A stretch of 63,561 bases of DNA, filler included, from Choristocarpus tenellus KU-1152 (GCA_964200185.2; 10 parts of 10 records of this genome joined end to end with filler, not necessarily neighbours in it); one strand, 5' to 3'. Shown: positions 23,515 through 36,436, counted from the first letter of the whole stretch. The notes: generated by a model from the letters alone, not told the origin. Program-made: numbers and translations.

Positions 23515-25883
23515 ATGTCAGACGACGACGACCGCAGCCACTCGGAAGAGGAGGAAGAGGAAGAGGAAGAGGGTGGTGGGGAGGTCTCTGACTATGAGGA
23601 TGATTCCGATACTGGAGGTGGGGGTGGAAGGGGAGCGTCGAGTAAGAAGAGACGGCGAACAGAACCCCCTCCAAAGAAGAGCAGAAGACGAGACTACTCC
23701 AGGTAGAGAAATATTGTGTTGGGTTTGTGTGTTTATTATCGAACTGATCTTGTCATACCGGTCTATCGTTAGTCTGCGGGACCCGACCCACCCATTAGTT
23801 GATGAGATGTGAACTGTGAGATTTGGTCTACCCACTCAAGTCACACTGACTGGCCATTGTGAAACTCCAAGTGCTGTCTATCAACGTTCGGACTGTTTCC
23901 TTCAATTTTAATTTAGTTTTACACTATTAAATGAGTTGGTTTTGCAGGAGCTCGCATCTATGGCGTAGGTCCTCTTCTTAACCCATATGCACGACTTCGT
24001 TTTCATCTAGATACCTTGACAATACGCTTAGATCAGCCTCCTCACGGTCCACCTTGCCCCCATTTTCAGACCTTGATTCCATGGTACGATGCGATGTCAG
24101 TCATGAGGAATGTTACTGAAAATGAATAATTGACTGAGTCAAATGTTTTGTTGCTGCAAGGAAGAGATTGGTAGCCGCAAATAATTGCATAATATCTTGT
24201 CGGCCCGTTTCATGTGGAGGTATCGTCGCACCCTAGGGTCAAATGGAAGATGTCTGCAAGTATCCATAATAGCATACCCGACCCGAGCTACACAATTCAT
24301 CATGGAAGTGCTTGCACTGACAGTTCACCCACCGAAATAGTCATGGTGAGAAGGTGCTCTCGCTCTCTCTCTCTCTCTCTCTCTCAACATTTGGTATTAC
24401 AATGAGATTATCCGCCACCTGATTAACCCTTTTTCTTTGAAGGGTTTTATTGAGTTGACAAACTACCATGGCTCTTCACCCTGCCTCGACTGCCCTTCCA
24501 CTTCACCCTCTCTCCTATACACCTCTACCCCTGGTTCTTGTGTCCCATCCTGGAATCACCGTTCTTTATACTGCAGATTTGTGGATGATATGGCGGAAGT
24601 GGACGATGATGACGAGGAAGATTTCGACCCAAAGGATAGGGCTGAGGCTGTGGAGATGAGTGCCATGGAAAGGTGAGAGATTAGACCCCCACCCAAACGT
24701 CTTCGAAAGGTAAAATATTGTGTATTTTCTTCGAATAGCGCTACTCTTACAGATATCGCACTACTGCTACACATTGCAACAGTGATCTTGTGGTTGGTTC
24801 TTGGCACCTTTGCCTTTCCTCATACACTCTTTCTCCTGTTGTTTTTGGGTCATCGTGCCCTCCCTAGGGATGCACATGAGCGTGTCAAGAAAAGACAGGA
24901 GCGGAGTGCAGCATTCATGGACCAGAGCGTGGAGAAGCAGGCACAGGATTTGGTGAAGCGCTTTAGGGGTGGTCGACCGTTAGACCGAGATTTGGTTTCG
25001 GGCAGGGGGAGTAGAGCCTCAGCTACGATTGGTGGTGGGGCAGGGTCAGTGAGGATGGGAGACCAACCGAGTAGGGGAGTTGTTAGTGAGAGTGTTGGCG
25101 GAGGCGATGCTGAGGAGAGAATTGATGATGTGGATGAACCCCCTCTTGGCCTCAGTGATGATGATGAAGATCTGGATGACAGCCAAGGGATGGTGGATCC
25201 AGAGGTAAGTGGCAGACGGGAGCTTGTACTGGGTGGGGGGCAGGAGAGTGTAGGAGTTTATCATTGCGTTTGGTGTGTGGTGATGATGTGCGAAATTATA
25301 TTGTTGTGTGTGGTATAGGATGTGGGGTATGGATGAGGCGATGTCAGTATTATAGTGAGAAGAGTGTTAAATTTGGCAGGTGGCTGACTAATGTGGAAAT
25401 TTCCTGGTTTCTGTCATATTGTTCATCGGCACTTGGCGGAGTGGTATGGCGCTATCTATGCGTTTACCTCACAGGGTACGAGTAATTTCGCACATCAACC
25501 CTTTTCTTCGTCATACTGCATTCATTGCCTTCTGTACTGAAACCCCATTCAAGATGCTGGATGGTGGTTGTAGGGGGAGGTGGAGGACGTTTTTGTCCTG
25601 GGATTGGAAGTGTCTGCTGAAATGGTTCCGTGCCCCCAATTTTGAACATGGCCGTGAACGCTCTGGAAATTTATCGTATGTTGAACACTGCTTAAGCGGT
25701 AGAGCTAATTTGACAGAATTTTTTTTTTCCCCACACAATCTGAGAACTTATTGGTGATGTGCATGAAATCGATTGTCGTTCTCCCCCTTGGCCCCTGCAC
25801 AGGTGGTTCAACAGGCCCTGCTGCCAGGGATCAGAGACAACAGTCTCTTCGTGGTGGAGTGTCAGCCTGGTAAAGAAAGGATG
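23515..25883 (+). CDS. SPT5: Transcription elongation factor SPT5, 5' part; exons 23515-23702, 24577-24672, 24868-25204, 25803-25883
   Basis: Acidic N-terminus, RFVDDMAEVDDDDEE motif, and NGN-domain start QQALLPGIRDNSLFVVECQPGKER. All introns are GT-AG and phase-consistent. Confidence 0.9.
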
Positions 25884-26457
25884 GTGGGTGCAATGCTGTG
25901 TACTGTGGCTGTGTCTGTATCCATGTCAGGTTGTAGTGATTATTGTTATTCATGGTATGAATAGTTGTGCGTGCTTGTGTGTATGTTTTTTACCATGATT
26001 ATGTTTTGTCTCATTCTAGTTGTATGATGCTGCCCCCCTGTCTGTTTTGCCTATTCAACAGCTTGCATTTGTTCCCTCTCTGCAACATGCCACCCCCCCC
26101 CCCCCCCCCCCCCCCCCCCCNNNNNNNNNNNNNNNNNNNNNNNNNNNNNNNNNNNNNNNNNNNNTTAATTAATTAANNNNNNNNNNNNNNNNNNNNNNNN
26201 NNNNNNNNNNNNNNNNNNNNGGGGGCAGGGGGCAGGGGCGGGGGGGGGAGGGTGTGTGATAAAAGGTGTCGATGTGATAAAAGGTGTCGAACTGATTTAA
26301 GAGATGTGTGAAGGTGTTATTGATTTTTATTTTTTAAAAAAATCCTTCTGGAAAAGTGAATAGCTTTATTTTTTGTTTTATATGATTGGGTGTGCAGAAC
26401 AGCAGCAACCTTTTATTTAAAAAAATATTATTGCACCTGTAACCGTAAAAAATGTAC

Positions 26458-26484
26458 TTAGGGTTAGGGTTAGGGTTAGGGTTG
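26458..26484 (+). repeat. Interstitial telomere-like (TTAGGG)4
   Basis: TTAGGGTTAGGGTTAGGGTTAGGGTT read directly. Confidence 0.9.
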
Positions 26485-26633
26485 ATGCTACCCTTTCAAA
26501 CCTGAAATTGTCTATTATTATTATTCTTGCTACTATTATTAGTAGTATATATGCATTGTGTATGTGTCTATGTATGTTTTATGTATGTGTGTGTGATGAT
26601 GAGTGTTGCTTTGCCTTACTCCAAATTGAACAG

Positions 26634-27576
26634 GGGCAAGGCCATCTCTGTGGCTGTTGTTGTCAACTTTGGTTGGAACCTGGTGGTGACTCTACTGTTC
26701 CCGACAGAACTGGACGTGCTTGGATCTTCCTTGACGTTTGCTATTTTTGCTCTGGTGGACATGTATGCACTATACTTCATTGCAGCCAAGGTGAGATTTG
26801 TATTGATAGTTATCATGAGAATGGTGAGATTTGTATTGATAATACTACTGAGAATGGTGAGATTGGTGTTAATAATGGTCATGAGAATGGTGAGAATTGT
26901 ATTGATGATTATCATGAGAGTTGGTGAAATATTTGTGTTGATACTAATCATGAGAAATAGAGTTCCAATAAATTGTGTTCAAGTACCCCTCAACTCGTTT
27001 TATTTTTTATTAATGTGATGATAGGCTTCAAGTTGTTTGTGTGTGTGTATTTTTGGACTAGTTCATTAAATGTTTTGAAGTAATGTTTATTTTGTTTTGA
27101 TAGAATTGGACGGTTGCTTCCACTCGTGATCACCTAGAATAGTCCTCTAGCACTCAAGAGCTCTGGGAACAATTCAATTATGATCATCTACATTAAAAAA
27201 AAATTGAGCCCAGATTTATAACTTCAAATATTGATTAATGCTTTCAGTTCATGGCACCATTATGTAGTTAATTTTGACCAAACAGCCTCTGGTATTAATC
27301 ATCGATGTCATGTGATGCCACCCCTATACCCCATCTATTACACCCCATGTATCCCTCTTCCCTTGCCTTGGTCACTTTTGATACCTGCAGTGGGAATGGA
27401 CCCACCTACTACTACTACTGTTATTATTATTATTGTTATTATTATTTTCTTGATAAATGTGTGTGTATTCATGTTTTGTTGACAAAAAATAAAAAAAGGT
27501 TCCGGAAACCAAGGGATTGTCACTGGAAGAGATTGAAGCACTCTTCCTTCGAATGGGAGAGAGGAGCACTAGGTGA
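26634..27576 (+). CDS. MFS sugar-porter family transporter, last two exons (26634-26790, 27499-27576)
   Basis: RGKAISVAVVVNFGWNLVVTLLFP...YFIAAK|VPETKGLSLEEIEALF; PETKG.SLEEI is the sugar-porter C-terminal signature. Confidence 0.9.
26790..26960. repeat. 33-bp intronic minisatellite (~5 copies)
   Basis: GTGAGATTTGTATTGATAGTTATCATGAGAATG repeated from the 5' splice site. Confidence 0.85.
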
Positions 27577-29506
27577 CCACAGTGGTCTCTTTTAAGATGT
27601 GAGGAGCATATGATAGGGCGGACACAGCAGAGGGGGGATTGTACAACCTGATGTGGGATGATGAGGATGATACGGAATGGTCCGGACTCTGGATTTAAGG
27701 TTAGGGAGGGATTATGGGAAGAGTGGGGAGAGACAGAGGAGGGGGGCAGGGGAGGGGGTCGGGTCTTTTGTTTCTACACAATCATCGTTAGTTTGTGCAG
27801 TTCCCTTTTGAGAAGAGGAACAGGTGCTGGAGTTGTGTTCAATGCCTTACTTTGAAAAAGTAGGTGTTTGTGGTGGGAGGGGGGGGGGGTTCCTCTGACT
27901 GTCAGGTGTAAGCACTGCAGGGGTCTTAAGTGATGATTCTGAGACTGCATAGTATGGTTTCCAACAATACTGAGGTATTGAGGTATTATATGAGAAGGAC
28001 CCCCCTCTCATTCCCCCCCCTGCCTGGCCTGCTCTACCTCATGCCTTTTTCCTTTTCCCACTATATCCATGGACGATTTATTCTATGTTGTCCCCCCCCC
28101 TCCCCCCCTTTTTTGTTGAATTCTAGGGCAAGTGGCCATTAGGTGGGTGGGTGCTATTTGATAGTGATGCTGCAGACAGGGTGTTTGGTGATGCAACCTG
28201 TGTGATCTGTCTATCCATTCCAACATGCTTGGTCCAGTCCTAGTCCGTAATCAAGGCGAGAGCTGTTTTTTTTCACCTTACAGAGGTATTGTGTTGGTTG
28301 ACCTATGAATCATGTTCTTTTTTGGGGGGTACTTGAGTTCAAAGTCGGAAACTTTCCTCTCCTTGATTGAACCTGGTATCAATGGAGGTGGCATGTGTAT
28401 GGTGCATAGGTTAGGTGTTGGTACAACATGGTGGACATAGTCTCTGTGAAGGTGCTGCTGCAAGGATCGTCTCGTGTAGGGAAGGGTATAGGAAGGAGGG
28501 ATTCGTTGACTGCCGTATGATCTCTTCCACTTCTGTTGTGTCATTTTGGTGGGCATAATGACTTTGTTTTCAATGTAGAGAGAGAATACAAACAAATGTT
28601 TGTTGGTCCACTACACACTTGGTCCAAGAGGTCCAGAGGTCACTCACGGACTCTTTGTCTAAAGGGGAGGGGCACCCCCTTTTTTTAATTTTTGTAGTCT
28701 TCAGGTGTAATGCCACACCTTGGAGGGTACTCTCTGACAGAGGTTGCGTTTGGAAATGTATGTCCGCCATGACCATCACCACTCCTTTCATCCTGTTGGT
28801 ATTGTGTAGTGGGGTATGATGTGTACCACCACTCAAGTACACATTAGTATTCTGAGGGGTCCCCGACCTTGTAATCATCAACAGGTAACCAGAGGAGAAG
28901 TACCACAAACCCCCAAACAGCTCACTTTTGATACAATTTGCCAAGAGCTGTAGTCATGGCATAGGGCACTGGATATGTAATAATGAGAGGCAGCCGAGAA
29001 CTAGGGACTTGTATCCAAACGGTGGGTAAGAATGTTCAGTTCCTGTGGTACAACACATTTATTGTATGGTACTCAAGAGGTACACGGTACTCAAGAGGTA
29101 CACATTTGATGTACTCGTATCATTAGTTAATATCATTAGTTAGTATCATAGTCCAGACCACAGTAAAAACGTTTCAGTTGATTTGTCCGCTTTGCTAGGC
29201 GGTTGTTCTTACGTCCATGAATAGAACATAATGTTCAATCCCGTCATATCATTGCCCTAATGCCACCGATTTTTATACATTTTTGCGAGTACTAGTAGTA
29301 GTATTGTACTTGCTCTATTAATACGTATGTAGTTCGACGTATTTAAATTCACAATTTATTAAGAGTACTTACATGCAGGTCTCATTTGATTGTTCGACAC
29401 TACTTGTTTCATGCCAGGCCATTCTTTTTGGGGTCACGGATGAGGATTAATTAGATTTCGAAGGTACTCTGTATGTACATGGTAGTATCCATAATTTCCC
29501 CGGGAT

Positions 29507-29764
29507 GACTGAAAGTATCTTAGAGGGTACGAGTTTTGCCCTGTTTGTTCGTTTGGGGATTGGCTTCCCATGGGTTTTTTCATGACATTTTCCTACTCCG
29601 AAATATTTCGGAGTAGGTAAAATCTATACGTTACGAAAGGTGTGTCCGAAACAGGGATATTGACACTTCCCAACAAACACGATAACCAATATTACATCAA
29701 AATCACAACATTGGATTTTGACCCCCAAATGGATGCGGCTCTACCCTCTAAGATACTTTGACTC
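29507..29764 (+). mobile_element. MITE family A copy
   Basis: Near-consensus copy with the perfect central palindrome CCTACTCCGAAATATTTCGGAGTAGG. Confidence 0.92.
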
Positions 29765-29882
29765 CGGAACAAGGATATTGACACTTCCCAACAAACACGA
29801 TAACCAAAATTACATCAAAATCGCAACATTGGGTTTTGGCCCCCAAATGGACGAGGCCCTACCCTAACCCTAAGATACCTTT
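29763..29882 (+). mobile_element. 3' half of MITE family A in tandem with the preceding copy
   Basis: TCCGGAACAAGGATATTGACAC...TAAGATACCTT repeats the second half of the element. Confidence 0.85.
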
Positions 29883-32315
29883 ATCCTACGCATGACACAT
29901 GGGCAATTGAACTGCTGACAGTAACAGTAATACTTACAGTGAACATAGACTCTGGAGTACATACCTATTCTGATGTTGAGGATTCTGCCTGGGAATAGGG
30001 TTAGGGAATGTTGGGGCCTGCCTGCAACCAACACTGCCTACCTATCAAGGTATGAACATGCACACCATCACCTTTGAGAGATTGTTCTTCAAAATTTCAA
30101 AAAAAGTCGAAAAATGTCTCATTTTCTATTTGGTGATAAGGACTGCAATGCCTTTTTGAGCGTTGAAATTATGAAAAATTATATTTATCTATATTTATAT
30201 TTTTCTCATGGATGCGTCTTAAAACCAGAGATTGACTGGGCTTCGCTCGGAACTGATCGCCACAATCGACTACTTCGGTCTAAAAAGGATTATGTTTTGT
30301 CTTGCTTGCTGTCAATTGCCGACAATTTACTATATATATGTGTGTCTTGTCTTTGTATTAGCCATAGTCGTAATATTGATATGAATAGTAGCACTTCAAT
30401 CAAACATTTTGGGTGAATAATGTGTGTGAGCACAGTCAGTATGTATATCAGTCAAACGAGTCTCAAGAAATAAATGCACAGCAAACCAAACAAAACATGA
30501 GAAAAAACCCCAAAATATCGTGTGTGTGCGCGTACGCACGCGCATTATTCTTGTTTGTTTACTCACGCAAGTACAACTACTATAGTAACTATTGTACACA
30601 TACATAATTGTGTAACGAGGATTATCTCACTCTTTTGTTCGGATATTGACAAAGATGTACTCTCTACACAATTGTGTACTTGATCACACATATAGTTGTT
30701 GTATATAGTGCTGTTTGTGTATGTATACATTTCTCCTCTCGAAGAACTACCACCATTATTAGGTGGTGACTGATTCTCTCTCCAGATAAGTCCGGAGTGA
30801 CACAGCCTGTGAACCAAAGTAAACGACAGGTGCCCTGGTTTTGACCGATTTTCATTTCAAGTCTGTTTTTCAATCTTTTGTAGCTCAATCACATTTTTAT
30901 TATTTCTAAGCTTGACTTTAGACAGTCCGTTTCTCTCTTGTTTGAACCTTTTCAGACACAATTCAGACAAAATTATATATACCAAGTTTTCCAAAAAATG
31001 CCGAATTATATGCACATACACGCTTGTCAGCATCCTTAAAATGCAACTCTGGGTACTTCTCGTCTACTTTGACTCAGTAAAAAAATACTTCGTAATTCAT
31101 TTATTATTTCTCTTCCTAAAATTATCCGTGTCACTCTGAGCGGCCACACACACAGTATCAAAAGACGGTGGGGGAGAAGAAGTAATAGACACAACAAAAA
31201 TGAATAGACTAAAAAGGGGCAAAAGAATAGAGAGAATATGATGCAATAAATGAAAAACTCTCGATGTAGCTGAGGGAGGATCCGCCGAGACCCAGATACT
31301 ACTCAACAAGCAACCAGCAAGGGAATAGGACACTATCAATGCCGTCAGCATCGCCAAGAAGAACGTGAAGAAGTCAGAGATGTAGCTGCCTATATATCCA
31401 AACATGACTCACTACACAGATCATAAAATGAAATTAAACAAAGTTCAATAAAATCCCAACAGAAGCAAAGTTCAAAAGGTAGGAGTGAGCGTGTGTATGA
31501 TGACCTCATCATCTTGTTGAGTTGTTGTTGTAGTTACTGGTTTACTCTGACGGATTGCATATACTATGGCTTCTTGAACATGCCATTTATCCATGACATA
31601 CTCGGCTTCGTCAGCCACACATGTCTGCAATCGTTGTCAATTCTCTGCCCTTAAGAGAAACACTTAAAGGAATTGTGGGTGGTACTTTGTTGGTATGGTG
31701 TGACATTCTTGTTCAAAGCGAGAACATCATGGAGAAATCAGGAGAAAGAGATTGGGTGAGGAAGGGAGAGAGAGCGAGAGAGAGAGATCTGTCACGACGA
31801 GAGCAAAAACCGTCATCAATGACATTCAACTAACGACAATGACTCCATCTTGCACCCACCTCGTAGTGCATATAGAAGTTTACCTTGTGTTTCACACACA
31901 CCAAATTGTTGAGGACAGGGCCAATACTGTTGGCTTGAATAGGATCTCTCACAAAGTTGAGTGCAAGTGGCAAACTTCGTTCCTCCTAAAATATGCCTTT
32001 CTGCATTTAATCTCGGACCTGCACTCGCATCAAATAGAAGACTGGAAATAGCTCTTTTGGAGAAGGCATATATCATGCCTGTTTCTCCCACTCGTAGTAG
32101 TGTGAATGACTGAATGACCATTTACACTTCTGCTATGCCAAAACATTATTTTTAAAAATAACGAGTGTGAAAGAAATATTTTTTTCGAAGTGGTGGGTTT
32201 CTGACCGGAAAACGCTGGTATTGTTAAAGTTACTGTTGGTTTGGAAAGACCAATAGTGCCGTGAACTGGAGGAATTGGACGTTTTCAAAGTAGAAAAATA
32301 TATGGCTTCTCTTGA

Positions 32316-32677
32316 GAGCGAAAGTATCTTAGAGGGTACGAGTTTTGCCCTGTTTGTTCATTTAACAGCCGATTTCAAAAATTGAGGATGGAGCTTTTCG
32401 TTGAGGATGGGCTTGAACCAAAATTGACTGGGATAAAGTGTCGATATTTTTTTTTTGTAAATATATTTGGGTCTTGGCTTCCCTCGAGGTTGTAGGACAT
32501 TTTCCTACTACAAAATATTCCGGAGTAGGTAAAACGTATGCGTTATGAAAAGGTGTGTTCAGAACAGGGATTTTGACACTTCCTAACAAACACAATAACA
32601 AAAATTACATCAAAATCAAAACATTGGATTTTGGCCCCCAAATGGACGCGGCTCTGCCCTCTAAGATACTTTGGCTC
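32316..32677 (+). mobile_element. MITE family A copy with ~105-bp internal insertion
   Basis: Full TIRs, TSD TTGA/TTGA, extra sequence at 32364-32468. Confidence 0.9.
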
Positions 32678-32689
32678 TTGAGCAACATG

Positions 32690-33400
32690 TCATTGAATGT
32701 GTTGTGCAATGGCAAAAGTGAAGCCCAACCGTTTTATTCAATAATCCAACTACATCAACAGCATGATATAATACGTAACATGAAATGGATGCATTCCCAG
32801 ACTGAATTGCCTTAGGGACTGTCAGAGGTCGTAAGGATGTTGTTGTAGACAGATAGCAATTGCGATTCTGTCACAAGATTGATTTTAAAACAGGAGACTT
32901 GATCTCGATCATTTACGTCGAGTTCCAGGTGGGCCGAAAAATATGTATCTCAACTGAATCTTGAGCGATTGTCTCTTTTATCTAGTCAGTTAGCAGGTGG
33001 TTGATATATAGTAGTAGCGGAACCACCTAAATACAGTCTTGCATTGAACCAGACCAACTGCAACTCGCTTAATTGGCCTTGTGGCAGGAATATGCTCCAT
33101 GGGAAATTAAGGTTGCCGATTAGTGGTATTCTGTTTGTGACGAAACGTTGACAACTGTCACCTTGTACAGTGGATCACCAGGTATCACGATGTCATGCAT
33201 ACCATGGTTTGCTACATTGCTGTCCGAAAGTATGTAACATGTAACTATTATATGTGTAGGTGCTTCATGGAGCTGAACTAATGCACTCATGCCACTGCAT
33301 GCAATTGGTTGGCCACATACCATTGGATCGTCAATTCCTCTTCTCAATCGCTCCATGTCTATTTGCAATGTTCAGGGAGGTATGAGAGCATTGCAATGAC
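32690..33400 (-). pseudogene. Possible hAT transposase remnant
   Basis: Degenerate motifs IIVTCYI, HIP and RPTWNST*MIE (cf. hAT TRWNST..M) occur in the expected order, with many stops. Confidence 0.3.
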
Positions 33401-34602
33401 ACAGTTGCAATTCACAATTTATTATGACGTTGGTTTATGTATGTGCTCTGTACGTCACATCAGTTTCCTCAAACACGAGGATAAGGCACTCGCCATTGCC
33501 AAAGTGCCTGCAAGATAGGTGGGGCAGTGTATCTAAGAGAGTCCCGAGTGCATACTATTGCGACCCCTTCTCATACCAGTACTGACACCTTCATGGGACC
33601 ATACCCACTCTAGGTTGGACCTCCTCTCAAAACGCTCACAGTATTTTTTTGTGTATCTAACGGTTTGCATGTGTTTCGTGTGTTTCGTGTGTGCTAGTCA
33701 CCTCCAATATCATTTCATGCACATAAGGCTTATTTGCAAAGTCTTGGCACCAATATCACCTTGACCGTGTTTTCTGCCTTTCGTCGACCACTTTTCACCT
33801 CGTCTGGATTTGCACGTTCACGCGCTATTTTCCCCATTATTATTTTTACTCAACACCCTTTCACCCACCCATGCACACACCTGCACCGTTGGGACACAGA
33901 GCTAAAGCATACTCCACATCCAGCTCATGTTTAAAAATCGAACTGTGCTAATAAGTACACATGGACAATCTCAACCTGGAGTAGAAACTGCTGCACTGAC
34001 AGGGTGGTGAAATGACGTAATTTGGGGGGAAGAGTAGTGTAGGAATACTTGTGGACCCTGAGGTGGGGTAAAGGAATGTGACGCCCGTGGGTCTTTTTTC
34101 CGTTTTATTACGAGGAACAGGGGAAATGCAATTTTAGGTAGTGTGTAGATCCTCCTTACATCGAATCCTATCTCTTGTGAAAGGAAACAGTTTATCTAAT
34201 CCAATATCGTCCATCTGAAATGATGTCACGCAGGAGTATTAAGCGGCGAGTACTACCACTATTACAAAGTAAAAATCTGCTGTTTTGCTACACTGATTGC
34301 AATTATTTGTATTGTTACCAGTGGCAAGGAGCTGGGATACATTGGGGTCTTGAGGCGTTTTTTCTGGTTACTACACCCAGCAGCAAGCCTTCAGTTCCTG
34401 TTCACTGTTTGCTATCTCCCATCATCCACTCTTTCCACACTTGTGATAGTTCACTTGTCACGTTTTAGTCAATGGGCTTAAATCACAGAGCCAGTCGAGG
34501 TGGGGTATACGAGTCCTCTGTCCAAAATTTCGCACAGCGTGGGACACGGAAGCTTGTTGAACATGTTCTACATAGAAACTACATAGTTATAGATGTACTT
34601 CT

Positions 34603-34640
34603 GGCTCAAAGTATCTGTGGGGGGGGGGGGGGGGGGGGGG
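34603..34640 (+). mobile_element. MITE family B terminus
   Basis: GGCTCAAAGTATCTGTGG followed by poly-G near the contig end. Confidence 0.6.
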
Positions 34641-36436
34641 CAGAGCGCGAGGCTTGTGTTGGGGCGCGGAGGAGGCGAATAGCTTCACAATACACACCCN
34701 NNNNNNNNNNNNNNNNNNNNNNNNNNNNNNNNNNNNNNNNNNNTTAATTAATTAANNNNNNNNNNNNNNNNNNNNNNNNNNNNNNNNNNNNNNNNNNNNG
34801 CACTCCAGGTGTAGGAAAACGTTTTGGGCAAAAACTGGTTGGTTGAGTACAAGTATAGATACACCCATGGTACACTACAGTGGTGATACATGACACTCTA
34901 TGAGGCTCACAGCACTCACGACACTATAGGTGGTAGTGAATGGGATAAACTCCCTATGAGTTTTTCAGTGAGGACCACGCAGAATTTTTCTGATTTTATT
35001 ATTTTACATACATATATACCTCACAGGGCCCCACCCCGATAGGGGAAAAAGAAAAATAGCTTATACACATGTACATTTTGGTCCAGAACACCCCCTGCTA
35101 ATTATTATTGTCACCCATGGAATTGTGGTATCACACATCATCTAGTAAGCTATCCTGGCTTTAAGAAGCATGCAAGGATGAACGCACAACAGTATGAGTA
35201 TAGACCAAATCTCAGATTATTTGTTGAGTTGATAGCGCCTTGTACCTACCTTTCCTATTGGGTAGATGACTTCAATTCGTGAAAATGAATAGGGATACAT
35301 GCACAACATTGTCTTGTTTTTATAAGTCTCTCAGCCATGATCAACACTAGATCTCATGTGACCTTCATGCACAGGGAGCTGTAGGTCAAATTAGATGCAC
35401 ATCATTTTGAGAGTGTGTGCTGAATGACTCCCCCTGCACCAGTGGGTGCTGTTTTTTTTTAGGTACTGTGTTCTTGTATAATGACAAGGATTTTCCAACT
35501 TTATTAATGCAGTTCCAAAAAAGAAAAATCAAGTCTCAAAACCAAGATTTTACTTCGGTTAAACATCACATGATACTTGAGCAAAAGAAATAAATAATCC
35601 AGAAACTGGCATCTACAAAACTGATACACGTTTGGTGTGCACTTGGTCCTTTTCCTCTAAGAAAAAGTAGAGGAACTTCAACCATCCAGAAAACAGATGA
35701 AATGATTCTTGGAAGGCATTCAGTAAGATCATACAGGGATAGGGGATTTAGTTGGAAAGGATAGTGATCAATGTGATGTCATGACTGGGGTGAACATCTT
35801 TGTTCTTTCCATGCTGATAGTTGATGAGATGGTGGACCATGCCAGATTGGGTTGTGTAAACAATCCTGGAGAGAGGCTCTTCGAACACCTACGCACTACT
35901 TGGTCAATTATTGTATGTATGATACATCCTCTTTTCAACTGTAAGAGCAATACAACTGTGGTGAGGTCCCTCCATTACACACTTTCCTGCATTTGTTTGT
36001 CAACTCCTTCCTATAAACTGAATATAATGATCCAATGGCATTAAGAGATGAAAAGGTACACATTATTTTAATTACACAGTATGTACAATTAGGACTATTT
36101 CTAAACACTTGTTCAGGAAATGTTAGAGGGAGCTCTTCCAATTTCCCACCCAACATTCTCAAGTCCTTCTGCATCATGTGGACAATCAAGCCTCAGATTT
36201 CACTTACCAGCAAAACAGTTTTTAACAGGTGTCGCAAATCTCAACTCACACCATACAGGCAGCAAATTTGTAATTGCAGAGTGTGCCAGTGGAAATGTTG
36301 GGAGTTTCAACTGAGGGGATAAGATTTGTGTGGAATTCCCCGAAGTTGCAATTTGAATGAATTATTTAACATCCCTGGTGACCATGCACATGGACATTGG
36401 AAGATCCAGTCACCCATCCTCCTTCTCCATGGCAAT

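Noticed and set aside
26458-26484. True telomere
   Set aside because: Only four units, internal to the contig and upstream of a transporter exon.
26508-27018. ORFs with MRMVRFVLI / INTNLTIL repeats as novel repeat proteins
   Set aside because: They are translations of an intronic minisatellite next to a real transporter exon.
28278-28944. Minus-strand ORF pair as a gene
   Set aside because: Interrupted by stops, no recognisable motif, and no convincing exon chain.
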